DNA of 64,000 nt from Azolla caroliniana (Eukaryota > Plantae > Polypodiophyta): the NCBI GenBank assembly GCA_043228905.1, contig JBHGNT010000012.1:682001-746000 (forward strand), written 5' to 3'. Of this stretch, positions 36,501 through 49,647 are shown in pieces. A program made the position numbers and the translations under genes. The notes beneath the pieces were generated by a model that was given only the letters and a program-made list of their open reading frames with translations, made no database searches and was not told the origin of the DNA. The stretch's first letter is position 1; each line of letters begins with the position of its first letter.

Positions 36501-37578
36501 ATATATCACATATATACGATCAGAGACGTATATAAGTGACCACATATGCGTATACTAAATGAATCGTTTTTTTTATATAGCCAACAATGATGTATTCGGG
36601 ATACGTAATCGAGGCATATTCCTCTACGCACACGAAACATCCGAAAATAAGGTTAAGCGTAATTCGCAATTGAGGTATTGACCTCTTACGCATAGTAAAT
36701 CCAACGCATATCATTTCGAACGAATCGATGTATTGACCTCGTACGCGAACGTAACATATGTTCGTGAACGTAATACGCAATTGAGGTAGTAACCTCGTAC
36801 GCATACGACACTCATCACATAAGATTTATATGTCAAACGAGGTATTGACCTCGTGGACATATGTAAACGTTTAAGATAACCAATTAAATACCACGTCAAC
36901 ATCATTGAATATATGAAAAAAAAACTACATATTAAGTATACACATGTATAGAAGGGAGAAGAAAAATTAGATAAAAAATTAAGGAAAATTTACCGAAGTT
37001 CTTTCGCTAATCCTTGTCTGCATGAAGGCGACCGCACAACGATCAATCGCCATCCCACGCGAAGACAAAAAGAAAACCAAAAGAAACGTTAGTACATAGG
37101 CTCTGATACCAAATATTAGAGATTAGGTACTAAAGTAAGCATAAAATAAGGATATATCAATGATAGATCTAGAAAGAATAGAGAGAAAAGAGAGAAAGAA
37201 GGGTGTCGATCCACCCAACCACCCCCGAGCGAAGGGATCGAGACAGACTCGAGCCTCGATCGGCGTCCCATACCACCGCCTTGGCGTCGAGTCGTACCTG
37301 GATGATAGCGCGCTTGCTACAAGAGTCGTTCCACTCACGGACAGAGTCTCGACGTAGTCAATGCATGATCAAATGAGGGTAGCTAGGCCTCTTATTTATA
37401 GTAATTCTCAAGGCCCCCAGCCATGTTCACACTTGGCCTCATGGGTTGTCTCAATCCCGAGGATTAAAAGTAATCCTCCCCTTCTTTAGACTCTTTGTTT
37501 AACCCTCACACTTATCCACGTGTATAGAATACTACGACAATTCTCACCACGGGATATTATATGGTCATGCCCGTAACA
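30531..37578 (-). mobile_element. Ty3/gypsy chromovirus, full length; 465-bp LTRs 30531-30995 and 37114-37578, TSD ACAGG
   Basis: LTRs appear identical by eye. PBS at 37100-37111, PPT at 30996-31008. Gag with [14 protein letters not shown], protease [10 protein letters not shown], RNase H ETDAS, integrase HHCC/DDE, C-terminal chromodomain PERILD...IKWMDKSIKDATWE. Confidence 0.97.
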
Positions 37579-37607
37579 ACAGGCGTCGGTTACAACAGAG
37601 GCAACGA

Positions 37608-37668
<61 letters not shown>

Positions 37669-37851
37669 CACAGTTACGCGCTCTCTCACTCCTTGCACCA
37701 ACAAGAATGACAACAACAACTATACACACACAATAAGTTTGCCCTAAGTCATATTTATACTAATATGACTTTTCGGCTATTTACAAATATAGCCTCAATG
37801 GACTCTCAGAAACATATTTACAAATATGTCTCTTCATCCGGTGAGCATTCC

Positions 37852-38010
37852 TCACCGGGTCTGCACCATCCGGCTCTCCGTAGCCGGGTACTCCTCATCC
37901 GGTCTTCACCGGGTCTGCACCATCCGGCTCTCCGTAGCCGGGTACTCCCCATTCGGTCTTCACCGGGTCTGCACCATCCGGCTCTCCGTAGCTGAGTACT
38001 CCTCATCCAG
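37852..38010. repeat. 54-bp tandem repeat x3 inside the solo LTR
   Basis: TCACCGGGTCTGCACCATCCGGCTCTCCGTAGC... at 37852, 37906 and 37960. Confidence 0.92.
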
Positions 38011-41000
38011 TTTCGGCCTCGGTCGAGTTTGTTCATCGGCACTGTTCTTCTCCCTTCCCATCCGGAGGGACCTATCTCCCAACATTATGTTGTCACAATA
38101 GATCAGAATCGGGGTCGGTACCTCGATCCGTAGGTCTTGCAACAGTCGCCGAAGCCAAATGGCTTCACAGGTGGCAACGGTAGCGCCCCGATACTCAGCC
38201 TTAGTGCTCGACAACCGTTTCTCATCAGCACCAACCGTTGGTGCTGATTTCATCGAGTTCGGGTCCGGTGATGACCAGATCATCAACATACAACAAGATG
38301 CAAACCGGACCATCCGGACCTTGCCGAATGAACAACGAAGAGTCGGACTTGGAGGCCGCAAACCCCATCTTACGCAACCGGTGCGTGATCTTCGCATTCC
38401 AAGCTCGAGGGGCTTGCTTCAGGCCATAAAGTGACTTCTTGAGTCGGCATATCGCCGACTTGTTCATCTCCGTCTAGAAACCGGGGGGTTGTATCATAAA
38501 GACCTCTTCTTCATGATCTCCTTGAAGAAATGCATTCTTCACATCCATCTGGTGAAGATGCCACCCCCTTGCCACAACAACCGCCAGCACCACACGAACC
38601 ATCTTCATCTTCGCTATTGGAGCGAAGGTCTCGTCATAGTCGATTCCGTGGGTCTGTGTGTATCCCTTCGCCATTAACCGGGCCTTGTACCGGTTAACTG
38701 AACCGTCAACGTTGTACTTTACCTTGTATACCCACTTGCATCCAATCGGTTTACTGTGACGGGGAGGGTCAACCAGGTCCCATGTATCGTTGGCATCAAG
38801 TGCTCGCATCTCTTCTTCCATAGCGGCACGCCAATGTGCGTCCTTTGCCGCTTTTGCGTAGCTCTCTGACACACGCACTTCCGCCACCTTGGTCATGTAC
38901 GCATATTCATGCGCCATGTACTCATTGTACCCGTACCGCTTAATAGGTTCCTTCTGGCGGGTTGACCGGCGTAACCCACCGTTACCCGGTTTGAGGCCCT
39001 TCTTGGCCGGTTCGGTCTTTGGTGCCGAAGAACCGTCATTTTCCTTTCCGGAGTCGGATCCGCTCTTATCCGACTCATCATTACCAGTTTCATAATCCAA
39101 CATCTTCTTCTTCCCCTTCTCTTTGCACATGAATCGTCTCATCGGTTCCTTGCGCGGGGAGAGCACGGCAGAGTCTTCATTACTTGCCGGTTCCTCATCC
39201 GACTGGTCGGATTGACCCAGTCTCTCGTTCGGCCCACTCAACCAAAATGATTCCAGACTCTCTTCTTCAGTCCCAGATTCATCATCTTCTATCTGGACCG
39301 GTTCAGGCTCACTAGTCTCCTCCTCCGGTATCGGGTCGGGGTCAGAAGTCGAAGCTGGTAAGGCATACCATGATGCCATCTCATCAAACTCAACATCGCG
39401 GCTAAATCGGACCTGCTTCGTCCGGGGGTTATAACACTTATACCCCTTTTGCTCATGTGAGTAGCCGACGAGGATGCACTTCTCCGATTTTGCATCCACC
39501 TTCCTCCGCTTCTCATCCGGCACATGCACATAAGCTATGCTGCCGAAAATCCGAAGGTGTCTCAAATTCGGCTTGCGTTTGAAATACAGCTCATGCGCAG
39601 ACACCTTGTCACTGATTTGGTTTTGGATGTAGACGGTCGTCCGGACCGCCTCCGCCCAATAGAAATGGGGCATGCTCTTCTCTTCCAGCATTGCCCTTGC
39701 CGCGTCGACAAGCGACCGGTTCTTCCTTTCGGCCACACCATTTTGCTTCAGTGTGTATCTGCAGTTGAACTCTCTCCGAATTCCTGTTTGCTGCAGATAA
39801 CTGTTGAATTGGCCGGAAAAATATTCTTTTCCGCCATCTGACCGCAGACACTTGATCTTCCTCTTTGATTCCCGTTCCACCATGCTCTAGAGGGTCCGGA
39901 AACAGTCGAAGACTTCGTTCTTCCGTTCAATGAGGTAGATCCATGCGTGCCGGCTATAGTCGTCGATGAAGGAGACGAAGTATCGACTCCCACCAAGACT
40001 CACGTTCTGTGTCGGTCCCCATACATCCGAATGAATAAGGTCGAGCTTGTTACGGCTATGGTTTTGTTCGGCGGGGACTGGAAGCCGGTGTTGCTTCCGA
40101 GTTGGCAGGCTTCACATACTTGGGCCTTCAAGCCACTAAACTTCGGCAAACCGAAAACAACTTGTTTCGTCTGCAAGTCTTAAAGCCTTCAGTAATTGAC
40201 GTGGTCGATCCGCTTGTGCCACAAGTCGATGTCCGAATCGACCTTCTGTCCTTTGGCGAACAAGGCAGTGCCGACGTCATTGGTGTCGAGGATGAATATC
40301 CTCCCATCTCTGCGCCCTTGCGCGATAATCTGGCCCTCCTCCTCGATGAAGCACCTGAGGTGCGTAAACCGCACCTGCATTCCCTGGTCGACGATCTACC
40401 CGACCGACACCAGGTTCTTCGTGATAGTCGGAACGTGTAATACGTTCATCAGCTTCCCCCTCTGTCCAACGTGGCTCAGGGGAATTTCTCTGACATGCAC
40501 GATTGGGTGAGGAGTGTTGTCACCGGTTTCGACAACTCCCGGTTCTTCCGGTTTCTCCAAGAAGGAGAACCACTCTTTGTGGTTCGTCGTGTGATTTGAC
40601 GCACTGGAATCAACGTACCACACTTCCTCCGATTTGGAAGTGGTCTTCTTCATCGAGTTAGCCTCGTGTTTCATCACCAAGGTTGGCCCCTTACCGTTCT
40701 TCCCGGTTCCGGATCCTTTCGATCCTTGCGCGTAGTGCGAGCTTTGCCGGTTCTCCCAACCGGTTTTGTCGGATCCAGATCTATGCGAATCGGCACGCTT
40801 CTTCCAACACTCGCTTTCTCTATGGCCCTTTTTGCCACAGTACCAGCATTCCATGGTAGATTTGTCTTGCCGGCCTCCGGCTCCACCTTGCTCCCCCTGC
40901 TTGTGGAAGTCCCGAAACTGCTGTCGGCACAGTCTCTGTGCCATCGGTCTTGCCCTTGCCGGCCGCCTCCATTGCGTGCCAACCCGCCTCGTCCACCACG

Positions 41001-42160
41001 CCCACGAGGCCGATCCGCCTTCGTGTATAGCATCCGCCTGTCGGTGGGTGCACTTGTTGACGCACCGGCGTGGTTCTCCTCTACAAGGAGCATCGACTGT
41101 AAGTCGAAAAATGACGGTGTATTCTCCCTCGTACATATAGCTGTCTGGAAAGCTCAGAACTTAGAAGTCAGGCCCCCAAGATAGACCTGTACCATCTCGT
41201 CTTCCTCTACCATGACATTGATAGAGGAAAGTGAGTCACAAATCTCTTTGATTCGGGCCGTGTAATCAGCCACCGACATGTCCTTCTGTCGGACATTGCT
41301 CAACTCCTATCGGAGTTGCAGCTTCCGAGTTGTAGTGCTTGCGGCGAACACCTTCTTTAGGTTTCCCCAAGCCTCTTTCAACGTCTTGGCATCTCGGACG
41401 TGGCTCAGCAGCTGGTCTCCGACACTAGACGCAAAGCAGTACATCACTCTGCTTGTCAATTGTTCCCACACCGGGAAGTCCTTGTGTGCTGCATCAGGTG
41501 TTGTGTCGTTAGCTCCGACGACATAGCTCCAGTAACCATGCCCAAGCAGGTACTAGTGCATCTTGTATGACCAAGATGCGTAGTTGGATTTGTCGAGCTT
41601 CTCCATCGGAAGCGAGCTAGCCATTCCTCTATCCATTGTTTTTTTTTTCTCTCTTTTGTTCTTTACAAAGGTTAGGTTTTCTTCTTGCGAAAGCGAATGT
41701 CAGCTGCAGAGGTTCTCAACCCTCGCGCTCTGATACCATGTAAAAACAAATAGCGTGCGGAAGCAATAAGAAACAGAAAACAGAGAACGAGTTTAATGGA
41801 GAGCTTAACAGTACGCGGGAGAGACAGAGAGAGCAGAGCAAGAATCTCTATTCAAAAATTATATCAACACTCTGTACATTGTATGTGTTCAGCGAACACT
41901 TTTATACAAGTCCATACGGACTGACAGAAGTACGGTGTACTTCAATGCTCACTCGAGCGTTTGACACTAACTACGAGAGTAATAACTCCCTAGTAGTCTA
42001 GCTACTACTAGGCTTCTGGTTACTAATGGATCCGGCTAACCGGCTCCCTAGCTCACCAGCTCTTTTGCTCACCGGGTGCTCACCGACTCACCGATCCGTC
42101 TCGCTCACCGGCTCAGGCTTATCCAGCCGATCCGGCTCCAATTGAGCTTGCCGCTCAACA

Positions 42161-42259
42161 CTCCCCCTCAAGCTCAACTTGAGGTCCGGTCGTAGTGTCA
42201 ACGTCTGTGGCAACCGGTCCTTCTGCCCGGCTCCTTCTGGCGTCACTCCGCCTTGCTCC
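42161..42259 (-). mobile_element. PPT and 3' internal stub of a second tandem copy of copia-2
   Basis: Near-identical to 29424-29521 and directly abuts the 5' LTR. Confidence 0.9.
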
Positions 42260-45200
42260 GGACCTCACATAAGAAGGGGTGATGCAATCAGTTTGTATGT
42301 TGGGCCGAAGGTGATCAAAGCATATACCAAAAGGTAAATTTCTCCCACGGGTACTATCAAGGTTGTTAAGTGATGTTGGGCATATTTTCCTTGGACCCTT
42401 CTTCGAAAATACCAACCAACAACAACACAACAAAGAAACTAGTAAAGAGCCTAATGTGCATGATGTAAAAGGATAGTATTATTAAAAAGGTCGACTTGGT
42501 TAGAGATTAAGACTATCTTTTTTGCAAATCAATGTTAACGTCGTCACCTTCTAGACCTATCTTGAACTCTAAATATCGAGATGTTATGCTTCAGTCGAAG
42601 GAATGGTTGTTTGAATTGGCAAACAAACTTCGACAGGCAGTGAAGGGGTGGGTGATGCAATTAATCAACATGTTGGGCCAAGGGAGATCAAAGCAGATAA
42701 ATGAAAATAAAATTCTCACGGGTATGTTGTCAATGATGTTAGGCGGCTCTTGGGCATATCTTTCTTGGACCCTTCTTAGACAATATACCAATAACATAAC
42801 AAAGAGCCTAATGTCACAACTGTAAAAAGGATAGAATTGTAATTAATGAAATGTGAAAGTATAATATTTATACTTCCTCTTCTCTAATTTTCAATCACCT
42901 TCTTACTTAGTGTGGGAACTCTCTATTCCTACTCTTTTTAGATCTCTCTCTTTCATAAGCAAAGCTTAACTTTCCCATTTTGAGCTTAAGCCTTAAGCTT
43001 CTATCTTGAGTGTTTGAGCTCTCGTCGCGTATGAGTGTATTTTTATCATTGGCTTATTTTGTTATTTCTCGATTCTTTCCTTGGTGGTTTAAAGTTTAAT
43101 TGAAGTGTTTAAGTGCAAGTAAAGTCTTTCTTACTCTAATTTATTCTTTCCCTGTATTCTATAGATTTGAGAGAAGAAATCTTGATTAGGGGGTTCATTT
43201 AGGTAGTCAAATTTCTTTGATGGATATGATCAAGAATGGTTGATGCCCACTTTTTACCCACGAAAGGGAGCATATCCACTCGACTCCATAGGACAACTTA
43301 ATTGAGAATAATTGTTAGCTAATCATGATGGACCAACGAGATAACTTATTAAATCAACATTAAAAAAGTTAGCTTGTGTACAATGAATACAATGAAGAGA
43401 GGAAGTCTCGTGAATACAAATGTGTGTCGCATCATGTGGCAAAGTACACAAGGAGGTCACAAGGTTGTCTTTTTGAGTTGTACAACATATGTAGGTAGCA
43501 TCATGCCAATTAGAGATAAAAAAACTTGATGGCAACAAGGGTATTACAATGGTGGATTTTGTTACAACGAATTCTAAGAGTTGCATGGTAGCATCAAACT
43601 AATTGAATGGCACATGGACTTGGGTGGTCAAACATTAGGAGATAATTAGTGAAGGTCACATAATAAACCTTGAGTAGGTGTATGTTCTAGTAAACGAAGT
43701 AGGTCAAGGAACCCTTATGCATCAAGAGGAACATTTATGTTTATGATATTATGGTATTGGATTTTGTTAAATGTTGGGTTTACATCAACAACATGAAAAT
43801 GACAAGTTTATGCTCATGGGATTGTAATGATTGCATTTGATGATGGTGTTGGTATGATGAGTTTAAGTTATGATACGCTACATGGATATGTAAACGATCT
43901 TTGATGAAAATTGTATGATTTGAAGACTTCATAATTGCACATGTGTAGATGGTCGTTCATATGCCAAGGATGTGTCATGCAAGATTTATCATGGGTATGT
44001 CATGAAAGTATCAATTGTTGATGGTCATAAAGAGGAAAAAGACAATGCTTGGAAGTTTATCAATCTTGGTCAAAGCTAACCTATTACTTGTTTATCAAAT
44101 GAATATGCCTACCCATTTCATGCACGCCTATCAATATCAATCACACGATGATAATGCATTGTCATTGCAAGCTTGTGATGACGTTGTGCAAGATGAATGA
44201 ACGTGCATGGAATTATATGACACTATACAACGAAGAAATGGGGATGTCATACAAGAAGCCAAAATAAAGTAGGTCACTATTAAATAAACATTAGTGTCTT
44301 CAAATCTGTATGTGATTAATTGTGTGTACATGGAAATGCAAGAGCATTGAATGTAGTATGACCATTATGCACCATCCCCTATATTACTTAATGTAACAAG
44401 ATCCAATCATTAGAGTGTTTAATGGAGCCAAAACAATCAAAGTGTAGTTTTGTGTTGAGCCTAAGTCTAAAGAGAGGGTCAAAGTTCAATGTAGGTTACC
44501 TTCGCTACGATGGCTTTGAACTTTTTGTTAGTGCCTATCCATGTTTGATGACGGATGAAGGATGAGTTCACTTTCTCCCCCCCAATAAATATTCTCCACA
44601 TACGTAGTGCATGTTTAATCATTGTGATTTATAATAAGGTCGCTTCACCTTACCCACTCTTAACAAGGTTTCCATTAGTTGCTCCTAGACATACGACTTT
44701 GGAAAGACTTCAAAGGTACCTCCTAAAACACATACCCCATGTGTCCCTCCATCTTCTTACAAATTCATCGCCAAAACAATAGATCTTAATGAATTACATA
44801 ACTAGGCAACACATAGAAGGTTGAGCTCGTACGCGAGTGCAATACTATTCACACATAGACACTTTGTTGCTCCAGAGCACAAGCATCCCTTGTTAAGTAA
44901 GAAGGAGACACACATTGAATAAACTTACGTATTTAGGTTCCCGTGGGTCAAGATTGGCATCTTCGTGGTAAATCTAATCCGAGCTATGGACCACCGCTAT
45001 CGCCACGTTACAACATTCTCTAGTTATGTTGGTCTACATACTTGCATAGCACAATAGTTAGATCCATGCATCAACTTACTTAATGATCATAAGTCTACCA
45101 CCATCGATCAACTCTTAGCGGGCGCTAAGTGGCTCCCGCCTTGTGAGAGATCTATCATCTACATGCCATGCGAAGAAAATAGTAGTTAGTAGTAAGTATG

Positions 45201-45360
45201 TACAAAGAAATAGAAGGGGCAGGAGGTAATAATAATAGAGGAGGTTTTATTAATGAATGAACGAATGAATAAAATGAATGAATGAATGAATGAATGAATG
45301 GAATTTTTGCTTTTTGCTTTCCTTCCTTCCTTCCTTCCTTCCTTTCCTCCACCTCGGTTG

Positions 45361-48300
45361 ATATGGAGATATAAAACGGTAACGGCGCAGCGCCAATTCT
45401 CTGAGACGATGTTTCTGTCGACGTGATCGTCTCTCCGTCTCCGTCTCCGTCAGGTCCGGCCTCTTCCTTCTCTGTTTTCTTCTTCTTCTTCGGCGCCTGT
45501 GATGGCCTCCCAACAGATGCAGATGGAACAGGTACCATATCCGCTGTCCATGTCATTCGTATATATACATTTCCTCTCTTGTGCTATTCATACAAATTGA
45601 CGAAAGAAGAAAAAAAGTAGAATTTCCCGGCTGTATCTGTCCACATTTATACGGTCATCTGCCAGTAAATCTGTTCTTCGGAATAGTAGTACCAATGACG
45701 AAAAGCCATGGCGAAAGACCAATAATGTGCAAAAAAACTAATTGACAAGATCAGGAATCTCTCTAATCGAGCTCCAGAATGAGGACTATCACCTGCGTCT
45801 GTACATAATATGATCATCCTTAGAGAATCCAAAGATGCATTGTCGCATAGAAAACTAGCTTTTGAAAACAATATCCGTACTCTCTCTTGTGCTATTCATA
45901 CAAACTGTCGAAAGAAGAAAAAAGTAGATTTTCATGGCTGTATTCGTCCACATTTGTATGGTCATCGGCCAGTAATTTTTTTTTTCAGAATAGTAGGACC
46001 AACGAAGAAAAGCCATGGCGAAAGATCAACGATGTGCAAAAACTAATCTACAAGATCAGGAATCTCTCTAATCGAGCTCCAGAATGAGGATTATCACCTG
46101 TGTCTGTACATATGATCATCCATAGAGAATACAAAGATGCATTTTTGCATAGAAAACTAGTTTTTGAAAACTATATCCGTACTCATACATGGAGGATCGT
46201 AAGATGAATGTCATATAAAATCCCAGCTGAGATGACAGAACTTTGGGTCACCTTCCATGCTATCATCCATGGAGGGTAGAAAGATGCATTTTTCACATTG
46301 AGAACTACCCTAGCCAACATCATTTCTGCCTTTTGCACATACGGACATCCATGGTGTAAAGAAGGATGCAAATTTTCACTTATAAAACTAGCCTTACTGA
46401 CGACACTTTCTATCACATGTGTCTATCCACATGAACATCAATGGAGGAGAAAAACATGCGTGTTCATGTATAAGACCAGTTTCATGTCTATCCACATGAA
46501 CATCAATGGAGGAGAAAAACATGCGTGTTCATGATATGGAGATATAAAACGGTAACGGCGCAGCGCCAATTCTCTGAGACGATGTTTCTGTCGACGTGAT
46601 CGTCTCTCCGTCTCCGTCTCCGTCTCCGTCAGGTCCAGCCTCTTCCTTCTCTGTCTTCTTCTTCTTCTTCGGCGCCTGTGATGGCCTCCCAACAGATGCA
46701 GATGGAACAGGTACCATATCCGCTGTCCATGTCATTCGTATATATACATTTCCTCTCTTGTGCTATTCATACAAATTGACGAAAGAAGAAAAAAAGTAGA
46801 ATTTCCCGGCTGTATCTGTCCACATTTATACGGTCATCTGCCAGTAAATCTGTTCTTTGGAATAGTAGTACCAATGACGAAAAGCCATGGCGAAAGACCA
46901 ATAATGTGCAAAAAAACTAATTGACAAGATCAGGAATCTCTCTAATCGAGCTCCAGAATGAGGACTATCACCTGCGTCTGTACATAATATGATCATCCTT
47001 AGAGAATCCAAAGATGCATTGTCGCATAGAAAACTAGCTTTTGAAAACAATATCCGTACTCTCTCTTGTGCTATTCATACAAACTGTCGAAAGAAGAAAA
47101 AAGTAGATTTTCATGGCTGTATTCGTCCACATTTGTATGGTCATCGGCCAGTAATTTTTTTTTTCAGAATAGTAGGACCAACGAAGAAAAGCCATGGCGA
47201 AAGATCAACGATGTGCAAAAACTAATCTACAAGATCAGGAATCTCTCTAATCGAGCTCCAGAATGAGGATTATCACCTGTGTCTGTACATATGATCATCC
47301 ATAGAGAATACAAAGATGCATTTTTGCATAGAAAACTAGTTTTTGAAAACTATATCCGTACTCATACATGGAGGATCGTAAGATGAATGTCATATAAAAT
47401 CCCAGCTGAGATGACAGAACTTTGGGTCACCTTCCATGCTATCATCCATGGAGGGTAGAAAGATGCATTTTTCACATTGAGAACTACCCTAGCCAACATC
47501 ATTTCTGCCTTTTGCACATACGGACATCCATGGTGTAAAGAAGGATGCAAATTTTCACTTATAAAACTAGCCTTACTGACGACACTTTCTATCACATGTG
47601 TCTATCCACATGAACATCAATGGAGGAGAAAAACATGCGTGTTCATGTATAAGACCAGTTTCATGTCTATCCACATGAACATCAATGGAGGAGAAAAACA
47701 TGCGTGTTCATGATATGGAGATATAAAACGGTAACGGCGCAGCGCCAATTCTCTGAGACGATGTTTCTGTCGACGTGATCGTCTCTCCGTCTCCGTCTCC
47801 GTCTCCGTCAGGTCCAGCCTCTTCCTTCTCTGTCTTCTTCTTCTTCTTCGGCGCCTGTGATGGCCTCCCAACAGATGCAGATGGAACAGGTACCATATCC
47901 GCTGTCCATGTCATTCGTATATATACATTTCCTCTCTTGTGCTATTCATACAAATTGACGAAAGAAGAAAAAAAGTAGAATTTCCCGGCTGTATCTGTCC
48001 ACATTTATACGGTCATCTGCCAGTAAATCTGTTCTTTGGAATAGTAGTACCAATGACGAAAAGCCATGGCGAAAGACCAATAATGTGCAAAAAAACTAAT
48101 TGACAAGATCAGGAATCTCTCTAATCGAGCTCCAGAATGAGGACTATCACCTGCGTCTGTACATAATATGATCATCCTTAGAGAATCCAAAGATGCATTG
48201 TCGCATAGAAAACTAGCTTTTGAAAACAATATCCGTACTCTCTCTTGTGCTATTCATACAAACTGTCGAAAGAAGAAAAAAGTAGATTTTCATGGCTGTA

Positions 48301-48840
48301 TTCGTCCACATTTGTATGGTCATCGGCCAGTAATTTTTTTTTTCAGAATAGTAGGACCAACGAAGAAAAGCCATGGCGAAAGATCAACGATGTGCAAAAA
48401 CTAATCTACAAGATCAGGAATCTCTCTAATCGAGCTCCAGAATGAGGATTATCACCTGTGTCTGTACATATGATCATCCATAGAGAATACAAAGATGCAT
48501 TTTTGCATAGAAAACTAGTTTTTGAAAACTATATCCGTACTCATACATGGAGGATCGTAAGATGAATGTCATATAAAATCCCAGCTGAGATGACAGAACT
48601 TTGGGTCACCTTCCATGCTATCATCCATGGAGGGTAGAAAGATGCATTTTTCACATTGAGAACTACCCTAGCCAACATCATTTCTGCCTTTTGCACATAC
48701 GGACATCCATGGTGTAAAGAAGGATGCAAATTTTCACTTATAAAACTAGCCTTACTGACGACACTTTCTATCACATGTGTCTATCCACATGAACATCAAT
48801 GGAGGAGAAAAACATGCGTGTTCATGTATAAGACCAGTTT
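45361..48840. repeat. 1179-bp tandem triplication at the 5' end of the dynein gene
   Basis: ORF track repeats at an exact 1179-bp offset (45647/46826/48005). Copies 2 and 3 look identical. Copy 1 differs by a few SNPs and one CCGTCT unit. Confidence 0.97.
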
Positions 48841-49647
48841 GAAAACATATCATTTCCATTACCTTTACTTATGATCATCCATGGAGGATTGAGAGATGCA
48901 CTTTTCACATAGAAAACTATGCCAACCAGCAACATTTTCTACAAATTGTTTCTGTCCGTATTAGAATCCATGGAGGATTGAGAGATAACAGGAAACTAGC
49001 ATAGAAGACACCATTGTCTGCGAAACAAGATCCCGAACAATGATTGGTTCTCCCCATGTTGCTTGAATCACATGAGTAGGGATATCGCATATGTCTTCCA
49101 TATGATTCTCCATGGAGTATGGATTATAGAAGAGATCCAAGCTAAATCATATAAAACCATATTAAAATATGATATGACCATCAATGGAGGAAGGTCACAG
49201 TGAAAGATACCTGTTTCACGTATAAAGTCAGCTGCTAAGACGACTTGGATAAGAGATCATTCATATTTTGCAATCACCATTACTTCATACTTGCAGCTTT
49301 CCAAAATGATACTTTTTCCATAGATGATCATATGGACATAACAGGCATCCTTCTCTTCTTGGAACTCTTTTGTTGGGTGATGGAGATTAGATGTCACGTA
49401 TTTCCCTACTATAGGCTGGTTTTTATATAAGATAGAAGCATTGTTGTGTACATATTTATGTTCCTCTTTATGCATCTTATTATACTTGTGCATACTTTTC
49501 ACGTAAAGCATGGGCACTCTTGTCTTTCAGGCTATGGAATTCTTCTGACCTGGCTGATCTGATAGGTGAATATAGGAAAACATTAATGTCTGCATAACGT
49601 AGGGTAATTAGCAGATTTTTCATGACATTTGTGTAAGCCAAAGCATA

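Larger units (their letters stand above)
30286..38084. mobile_element. Solo LTR (~750 bp: 30286-30530 plus 37584-38084) inserted in the copia-2 RNase H, TSD TTATG
   Basis: TG...CA termini. TTATG at 30281-30285 and 38085-38089. Removing it restores YCDNISSMQLAKN. Contains a GTTTACGTGGAAAACCC motif often seen in plant copia LTRs, a (CT)n run and a 54-bp repeat. Confidence 0.85.
29006..42160 (-). mobile_element. Ty1/copia LTR retrotransposon (copia-2), degenerate, hosting nested insertions; LTRs 29006-29423 and 41739-42160
   Basis: TG...CA LTRs. PBS at 41727-41738, PPT from 29424. Gag CWYCGKKGHRESEC, protease WYVDSSAS, integrase and RT (38474-39883), LLYVDDL. RNase H is split by the 30286-38084 insertion. 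Confidence 0.95.

Noticed and set aside
42270-45100. Possible old LTR element remnant, with a degenerate ~200-bp direct repeat (42270-42480 versus 42640-42835)
   Set aside because: Too decayed; no termini, TSD or convincing protein motif could be fixed by eye.
45155-47914. Repeated minus-strand ORFs (MTWTADMVPVP..., MGGHHRRRR...) as a small gene family or protamine-like genes
   Set aside because: They are antisense readings of CTT/CCGTCT microsatellites within the tandem unit, with no supporting gene structure.
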